A stretch of DNA of 51,439 bases from a virus. Below the pieces are notes generated by a model. That model was given only the letters and a program-made list of their open reading frames with translations. It was not told the DNA's origin and did not search any database. The stretch lies in the IMG/VR virus record IMGVR_UViG_3300045988_173665, positions 1 to 51,439 of that record; one strand, written 5' to 3'. The translations under genes and the position numbers were made by a program. Within the stretch, counting starts at the first letter, position 1; each line of letters starts with the position of its first letter. This document shows positions 45,557-51,439 of the stretch, piece by piece.

Positions 45557-47403
45557 GAATAACGGAAATTGTGATTGAAAATTTTAGAAATGTTAGCAAC
45601 AAAACTTTTGATTTGAAACCAAAGTACAACGTTTTTGTAGGTGCGAATGGTTTAGGCAAAACAACACTTATCGATAGTGTTTTATGGGTGCTTTGTGGTG
45701 AAACTATTGTTTATGGTAAAAGCGATCCAGATAATAGAAACAAGAATGATTTAAGATTGCCAATAGGTGTAAAAATCACGTTTGATAATAATTTAGTGTT
45801 AGAAAGAAAATATAAAGATATTTGGGTTGAGGACAAAGATGGTAACGTAAAATACTCAAGAACTGATAACAACTTTTTCATTAATGGTGCGAAATTCAAA
45901 AAAGAAGAATATTTTTCTTTCATACGTGATAAAATCAAATTTGATAGAAACCTTGAAGTAAAAGACTTTAATTTCTTACGTTTCTTAATTGACTATGATT
46001 ATTTTGGAAATATTGATTATAAAGTAGCAAGAAAATTTATTGAAAAATGTATCAAAATTAAGAGTGATGATGAGTTAATTTTAGAGCAAAAATATGCACC
46101 AGTTAGAACTGATATGCAAGTATTAAAGTACGAGTATGGTAAATTATTAAATAAATATAGTACTATTATTAAACAAGCTGATGCAAAAATTGAAGAAATT
46201 CAAACAAAAATTGTTAAAAAGCAAGAACTAGTAAAACCTGAAGATATTGAAGCATACGAAAAGTTAAATCAAGAAAGAAAAGAATTATTAAATTCAACTT
46301 TTGACAATAAAAATTACCAAGCAAAGATTAAAGATTTAGACACAAGAATATCACAAAGCCAAGAAAACGTATTACTTGAAATTGTCAATGTTAACCAACA
46401 AATTAATACTTTAATCAAAAAAGGTAACGAGTTGAAATATCAAATCGACAATATGAAGAGTAATATTGAAGATAGCAAACGCTACATTCAACAATTAACT
46501 GAAGAGCAAGAAGAATACACTAGTTTAATCGAAGAAAAACAAAAAGAAAAGTTTACTGAAAAGGTTTGCCCTTATTGTGGTGGTGTTATCAATAAAGATG
46601 AAGAAACAGAATTCAAAGAAAATATCGAAAAAGAAGTCGAAATTTTAAAAGCACAAATTGAGGGTGCAAAACAAGGTATCTCTGGTTCAAAAGTAATGAT
46701 TAGTTCATATGAAGAAAAGATTGAGATTTACGACAAAGAATTTGAAAAGACTTCAAAAGAATATGTTGACTTGACAACACGTTTAGAAGAATTAAGCGTT
46801 CAAAAAGAAAACAACGAAGAAGCAAAGAAATTAAGTCAAGAAAAGGCTAAATTAGAGGATGAGTATCAATTAGCAATAAATACATTTAATAGTAATAAAA
46901 ATGCGAAAATTGGCGAAATTTCAACTCAAATGGAAAAATTAGCGGTTAGTATTCAAGCAAGCAAAGAACTTGAAGAATTAAAACAACAATTAAAAGATTG
47001 TAAACAACAAAAATACGTTTGCGAATCAAACATTGACTTAATTAAAGATTTTAAAGCAACTAAACTAAATAATCTTGTTAGCAAAGTAAAAGAAGTATTC
47101 CCACAAATCGATATTGAACTAATTGAAGAAAACGAAAACACAGGTAGTTTTAAAGATGTTTGCTATACAAAATTAAATGGCGTTGAATTTACTGGTGTTA
47201 ATGATGGCTTTAAATACCTTTTAGGAATTGAAATTATTGAAAATATCAAGAAACATTTAGGTGTTGAAGATTTACCAATTATTTTTGATAAATTCGCTGA
47301 CATTGACAAAGAAACATTTAAAACTATTTTAGGCAAAACTAATTCACAAATAATTTGTACAAAAGTTACAGATAACAAAGAAATTGAAGCAAAAGGAGAA
47401 TAA
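45553..47403 (+). CDS. SMC/Rad50/SbcC-like ATPase with a central zinc hook
   Basis: Walker A VGANGLGKTT (RecF/SMC N-terminal type), a long coiled coil, and the CPYCGG hook motif mid-protein. The ATG overlaps the spo0A-like stop (ATGA). The track ORF starts at 45502. Confidence 0.6.
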   Translation: MRITEIVIENFRNVSNKTFDLKPKYNVFVGANGLGKTTLIDSVLWVLCGETIVYGKSDPDNRNKNDLRLPIGVKITFDNNLVLERKYKDIWVEDKDGNVKYSRTDNNFFINGAKFKKEEYFSFIRDKIKFDRNLEVKDFNFLRFLIDYDYFGNIDYKVARKFIEKCIKIKSDDELILEQKYAPVRTDMQVLKYEYGKLLNKYSTIIKQADAKIEEIQTKIVKKQELVKPEDIEAYEKLNQERKELLNSTFDNKNYQAKIKDLDTRISQSQENVLLEIVNVNQQINTLIKKGNELKYQIDNMKSNIEDSKRYIQQLTEEQEEYTSLIEEKQKEKFTEKVCPYCGGVINKDEETEFKENIEKEVEILKAQIEGAKQGISGSKVMISSYEEKIEIYDKEFEKTSKEYVDLTTRLEELSVQKENNEEAKKLSQEKAKLEDEYQLAINTFNSNKNAKIGEISTQMEKLAVSIQASKELEELKQQLKDCKQQKYVCESNIDLIKDFKATKLNNLVSKVKEVFPQIDIELIEENENTGSFKDVCYTKLNGVEFTGVNDGFKYLLGIEIIENIKKHLGVEDLPIIFDKFADIDKETFKTILGKTNSQIICTKVTDNKEIEAKGE

Positions 47404-47408
47404 TTAAT

Positions 47409-48308
47409 ATGGAAAATACTATTCAAGAAGTTAAAAAGCAACCTATTTCAATGACTGAATACGTTTTAAATATGGTTGTTAATTATGCAGCTGTTGGTGG
47501 CGAAGTATTAACTGAAAGAGAAAAGACTTCTGCAATAAATATAATCACTTTAACAAATAGAGCTATTGTTACAATTGGTGATGGAACAACTTGGAGTGAC
47601 ATTGATTTACGAGGTTGTGGCTATGCAGAACAAGTAAAACATTGGTGTAAACTTGGCATAACTGGCGAAGATAAATTATATATAGATATTCGTAATAATA
47701 AATATAAAGCTAAAAAAGATATATTTATTAAACCACAATATCAAACGTGTGAAAAATTAATGACTATGTATTTTGCTTACCCTATTGTACGCTTTAAAAC
47801 TGAAGTAATTTGTATTGGCGATGAAATAGAAATAGAAGAAGATTTTAAAACTGGCTTAACGACTATTATTTCACACAAACGAAATAAAGATATTGACAGG
47901 AATAAATACGAAAATATTATTGGTGCTTATAAAATTGCTTTTATTTCTATCAATCCTGAAAAACCTTTAGACTTAACACAAATTTATGTTGAAATTGATC
48001 GTAATCGAATTGAAAGAGCTTATAATGCTAGTTCATCAAAAGATAAAGCCGTTTGGAATGCAGACTCTGTTAAAATGGTTAAAAAGACTGTTACTTGGGA
48101 AATGTTTAATAGCGAACAAATTAGACCTTTTATGAAATACCCTGAAGATGTTATTAAAGGTGGCGACTTAAAAATTCTTGAGGAAAGTGAAGAAATGGAT
48201 TTTAACAAAGAAACAAAATATGAAAATGTTGACAAAGTTAATGAAGAAATTGATAAAAAAGTCGCAACTGAAGATGTAATAGATGTTGTGTACGAGGATG
48301 AAAATTAA
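47409..48308 (+). CDS. hypothetical recombination-associated protein (possible ssDNA-annealing protein; assigned by position)
   Basis: Lies between the SMC-like ATPase and the nuclease genes. Confidence 0.3.
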   Translation: MENTIQEVKKQPISMTEYVLNMVVNYAAVGGEVLTEREKTSAINIITLTNRAIVTIGDGTTWSDIDLRGCGYAEQVKHWCKLGITGEDKLYIDIRNNKYKAKKDIFIKPQYQTCEKLMTMYFAYPIVRFKTEVICIGDEIEIEEDFKTGLTTIISHKRNKDIDRNKYENIIGAYKIAFISINPEKPLDLTQIYVEIDRNRIERAYNASSSKDKAVWNADSVKMVKKTVTWEMFNSEQIRPFMKYPEDVIKGGDLKILEESEEMDFNKETKYENVDKVNEEIDKKVATEDVIDVVYEDEN

Positions 48309-48309
48309 A

Positions 48310-49023
48310 ATGCTTGATATTTATGCGTTCGCCTCTTCTAGCAAGGGCAATATGTATTTAGTTAAAAATGAAAATACTAATATTTTGTTAGAATGTGGAT
48401 TGAATGAAAAAAATATACGCAAATTATTAGTGGAGCAAGGCATCACTCTTTTAGATGTGGATGGATGCCTTGTTACCCACATTCACAATGATCATGCGAT
48501 GAGCATTGATTATGTAAGTCAATACGTAAATGTGTATTCTAATATAAATGTATATAATCATTACAAGAATATAAAATATGTAGAACCTAAAAAACCCTTT
48601 AAAATTAATACAATAAAAATAATACCAATTTTAGTCAATCACGGAATGGTAGACAATTATGCTTATGTTTTTTTAGATAAAAATAGTTGCATATTTTTTG
48701 GAACTGACTTTTCATTAATGGAGCAAAACATATCTAATTTTAAATTTGATAAAGTTTACATTGAATGTAATTATGATGATAAAGAAGTACAAAGTATTTT
48801 AGATAGCGGTGTTGAAGATGATAAAAGAAAAAAATATATAAGGCAAATATCAACGCATATGTCAAAAGCAAATTGCATTAAGCATTTAAAAATGATGGAT
48901 TTATCGAAATGCAAAGAAATTGTTTTATTACACGCTAGTGAATTTTTGATTAGTCATAAAAAAACTTGTGAAGAATTTGAACGCATTTTTGGAATACATA
49001 CTACTTTTGCAAAGGAGAAGTAA
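48310..49023 (+). CDS. metallo-beta-lactamase-fold hydrolase/nuclease
   Basis: HxHxDH motif (VTHIHNDHAM); RBS GAGGATGA; the track ORF begins at 48283. Confidence 0.6.
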   Translation: MLDIYAFASSSKGNMYLVKNENTNILLECGLNEKNIRKLLVEQGITLLDVDGCLVTHIHNDHAMSIDYVSQYVNVYSNINVYNHYKNIKYVEPKKPFKINTIKIIPILVNHGMVDNYAYVFLDKNSCIFFGTDFSLMEQNISNFKFDKVYIECNYDDKEVQSILDSGVEDDKRKKYIRQISTHMSKANCIKHLKMMDLSKCKEIVLLHASEFLISHKKTCEEFERIFGIHTTFAKEK

Positions 49024-49025
49024 AT

Positions 49026-49811
49026 ATGAAAATTGAAGATGGTTATGTTATTTTTGAACCTACTGATAATGTTAAGATTGAACCAAAGAGAATTTCAGGA
49101 CATTCTTTTGTTGAATTGCTAGGCTTAAATAAATTTACTCTAAAGGGCGATGCTTTATTGTATATGTTTAATATTCTTCATAGAAATGTTGATGATATTT
49201 ATCAAAAACGTGGTGAATTTGCGGAAAAGCTAGTAAAAAGATGGCTAGAGCAAAGAGGAAAAACTTGCATTACCTATAATTCTAAAATTATAAAATATAC
49301 AAATTTCCCAACAAATAAAAACTTTGGTGGTGTAATCGATATTGATTTGCCTGTTGAAAGAACGCTAGTCGAGGTTAAAAGTAAATCAATGAGTAAATAC
49401 TCAATTATCAAGCAAACAAAACCATTAGATGAAATTTATCAAGCTATGTTATACGCATACTTAAGTGGTTACAAAACCTTTACAATGCAATGGGTTTTCT
49501 TTGATGAACAAACTGAAAACGAGATTTTTAGAGGTTTAACCCCTACAACATTGCAAAACGTAAAAGGCATTAGTGCTGTTTATCAAGTAGATAAAAGTGA
49601 TATATTTATAAAAATGTGGCAAGCAAAAGAAATTGTCGATGATTTTGTAAAAACTAAAAAAATTGAACTTAAAGATATTTCAGAAAAATGCTTTGTAGAA
49701 CTTAATAAACAAAATTTTAATAAAAAAGAAAATGAAGAACAAAAAGTTGAATTGATAGAGGAAGACCTATTTACATTTAATGAAGCAGATTTTGAAGATA
49801 TGGGGTTTTAA
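49026..49811 (+). CDS. YqaJ/lambda-Exo-like PD-(D/E)XK exonuclease
   Basis: GGVIDIDLPVERTLVEVKSKS carries the D...E.K catalytic pattern of YqaJ-type viral recombinase exonucleases. Confidence 0.55.
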   Translation: MKIEDGYVIFEPTDNVKIEPKRISGHSFVELLGLNKFTLKGDALLYMFNILHRNVDDIYQKRGEFAEKLVKRWLEQRGKTCITYNSKIIKYTNFPTNKNFGGVIDIDLPVERTLVEVKSKSMSKYSIIKQTKPLDEIYQAMLYAYLSGYKTFTMQWVFFDEQTENEIFRGLTPTTLQNVKGISAVYQVDKSDIFIKMWQAKEIVDDFVKTKKIELKDISEKCFVELNKQNFNKKENEEQKVELIEEDLFTFNEADFEDMGF

Positions 49812-49813
49812 CT

Positions 49814-50347
49814 ATGGAATTAAAAGAACGCATTATTTGGTGCGATACTAGACAAAAAGGAAAGCAATGGGATTGGCTAAAAGAAGAATTTAAAACAAGA
49901 GGTTATAAGATTAAAGATGACAAACCTATGACTTATGGCGATTATTGTATGCCACCTAATTTGTCAGTGCTTATTGACACTAAATATTGTATACAAGAAA
50001 TTGTAGGTAATGTTACCCAACAACACGTAAGATTTAGGAATGAACTTATTGGTGCAAAGGAAATGGGAGCAAACTTACATATATTAATTGTAAATGAAGA
50101 AAATGTTAAATGCATTGAAGATTTAAACAAATGGGAAAACCCGCGAATTAAAACGTGGGCTATTCAAAGAAATCGAGCAAGAAGAACAGGAAGACCATAC
50201 CCAAAACAACCACCAACAAGTGGTAAACAACTTGCAAAGATACTTACAACAATGCAAAATGAATATGGAGCAATTTTTGATTTTTGTAAAAAAAGCGAAT
50301 GTGCTGATAGAATAATAGAAATTTTAACTGAAGGAGTTGAAAAGTAA
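49814..50347 (+). CDS. putative ERCC4/Hef-like nuclease-fold protein
   Basis: WCDTRQKG ... YGDYCM ... LIDTKYCIQEI resembles the ERCC4 D.RE...GDY...ERK arrangement. Confidence 0.3.
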   Translation: MELKERIIWCDTRQKGKQWDWLKEEFKTRGYKIKDDKPMTYGDYCMPPNLSVLIDTKYCIQEIVGNVTQQHVRFRNELIGAKEMGANLHILIVNEENVKCIEDLNKWENPRIKTWAIQRNRARRTGRPYPKQPPTSGKQLAKILTTMQNEYGAIFDFCKKSECADRIIEILTEGVEK

Positions 50348-50348
50348 A

Positions 50349-50753
50349 ATGGTTAAGAAAAACAAAGGTTTATCAGTTGGTAATTTGATACAAGTTTACA
50401 AGTTGAGACAAGGTGTAAGCAAACAAAACTACAAATGGCAACTTTTTACGTTTAGTGATACAAAGTATGATAACGAGCTTAAGAAATATGTTAATTTAGG
50501 CTATTACACAATATTTATTAAGAACCCGATTGAGGACTTACGAGAAAAAGATGTAATTAGAATTGATAAAATTTTGGCTATATCCTCAAATAGTTCAACA
50601 TATAATGGTAGAGTTTACAAACAAACAGTTGTTACAATAGAAGCTAGAAAGTTTGAGAAAAAACAACAAGATGTAGACAATTTAGATACATCAGTTGAAC
50701 AAGTTGATGACCCAACAAGTTTTGATGTAGGTATGGACAATATGCCATTTTAG
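50349..50753 (+). CDS. hypothetical protein (track ORF starts at the TTG at 50337; the ATG at 50349 with GGAG upstream is preferred)
   Basis: ORF. Confidence 0.4.
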   Translation: MVKKNKGLSVGNLIQVYKLRQGVSKQNYKWQLFTFSDTKYDNELKKYVNLGYYTIFIKNPIEDLREKDVIRIDKILAISSNSSTYNGRVYKQTVVTIEARKFEKKQQDVDNLDTSVEQVDDPTSFDVGMDNMPF

Positions 50754-50828
50754 GAACTAACAAAAGAAAAACACTGTCAAATTGATGGTGCTTTTTTTAA
50801 TTTATTTCATTTTACTAATTCAAAGTAC

Positions 50829-50857
50829 TTGACAAATATTTTTAAAAGGTGTAAAAT
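50829..50857 (+). promoter_or_regulatory. promoter TTGACA, 17 nt, gTGTAAAAT. A near-duplicate of the promoter at 8705
   Basis: AGTACTTGACAAATA...AGGTGTAAAATGGTGGTGT. Confidence 0.6.
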
Positions 50858-50899
50858 GGTGGTGTGTGTTTAAGACATACAGAAAGAGGTAAATAGTGA

Positions 50900-51166
50900 A
50901 TGATAAGCATTAAAGAACGAAAAGAAAAAATTGAATATCTTAAAGCAAGAATATTTGAGATAAATCAATTAAACGAAGAAATCAAAGGCAACGATTTATA
51001 CAATGATGATTTGCTAGAAGATTATTTTGAAGGTAGTAAGCAAACAGAAATACATTATGCATTAAGAAATTGTACTTATTACTTGGGTATTATGATTCAA
51101 AAATTACAAAGTGAATTGAGTTATGAAACCGCACAATACAATATGGCGAAAGCGAAAGGAAATTAA
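50900..51166 (+). CDS. hypothetical protein (88 aa)
   Basis: ORF with RBS AAGAGG. Confidence 0.45.
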   Translation: MISIKERKEKIEYLKARIFEINQLNEEIKGNDLYNDDLLEDYFEGSKQTEIHYALRNCTYYLGIMIQKLQSELSYETAQYNMAKAKGN

Positions 51167-51168
51167 AA

Positions 51169-51439
51169 ATGTTAACACAACAAGAAAAAGAACAAATGGA
51201 AAATGTTTTTAAAAGAAACAAAAAATTAGGAATTGCACCACAAACAAAATCACAACTTGCAAAAAAATTAGGAATGTCTAGGCAACTACTTTACTATGTA
51301 ATAGCCAAAAATGTTAATTCACCTTACGAACCAATTCTTAAAAATTGGATTAAAGAAGCAAATGGCAAGGGTTGCAAGATAGTTTACAAAGTTAAAGAGA
51401 ATAAACTTAAATTGCTTGAAAAATATGGTTTTGAACATA
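51169..51439 (+). CDS. N-terminal part of the junction-spanning HTH protein gene (continues at 1..403)
   Basis: Frame continuity across the 119-nt terminal overlap; HTH-like SQLAKKLGMSRQLLYYVIAK. Confidence 0.5.
   Translation, partial: MLTQQEKEQMENVFKRNKKLGIAPQTKSQLAKKLGMSRQLLYYVIAKNVNSPYEPILKNWIKEANGKGCKIVYKVKENKLKLLEKYGFEH
51321..51439. repeat. terminal copy of 1..119
   Basis: Exact identity. Confidence 0.9.

Overview
This window reads as a complete, circularly closed tailed-phage genome of about 51.3 kb. The first 119 nt are repeated exactly at 51321..51439, and one gene (51169..403) runs across that junction. The DNA is AT-rich, uses the standard genetic code, and all of the roughly 85 predicted genes lie on the + strand. 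They are tightly packed, with strong Firmicutes-type sigma-A promoters (TTGACA/extended -10) and AGGAGG-type ribosome-binding sites (RBS).

Modules in order:
- Early/regulatory genes and replication: a beta sliding-clamp-like protein, a DnaD-like replisome organiser carrying three internal ACGAATCGTG iterons (a putative origin), an orphan beta-class DNA methyltransferase, a DUF2829 (Tad2-like) protein and a small GIY-YIG protein.
- A small serine recombinase (8780..9418), followed by about 3.6 kb that is largely non-coding and rich in promoters and terminators, with repeated motifs and a palindromic site that could be the recombinase substrate.
- An RtcB RNA ligase, then packaging genes (candidate small terminase, large terminase, portal).
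- Head genes (scaffold, decoration-like protein, major capsid candidate, connectors) and a siphovirus-type tail: major tail protein with an Ig-like C-terminus, a G/GT-style chaperone pair, tape measure, tip and fibre proteins.
- Two multi-pass membrane proteins with C-terminal coiled coils.
- An unusual late cluster: two Gln/Asn/Tyr-rich proteins; a Gly/Cys-rich repeat protein interrupted by a group I intron that carries a GIY-YIG/NUMOD homing endonuclease; a BclA-C-terminal-domain-like (exosporium-like) protein; an Arg/Tyr/Asp-rich protein; and a Spo0A C-terminal-domain-only protein whose stop overlaps the start of an SMC/Rad50-like zinc-hook ATPase.
- A recombination module: a metallo-beta-lactamase (MBL)-fold protein, a YqaJ-like exonuclease and an ERCC4-like protein.

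I found no recognisable endolysin, holin, tyrosine integrase, tRNA or CRISPR array.

Coordinates that I located by hand, rather than taking from the ORF track, may be off by 1-2 nt.
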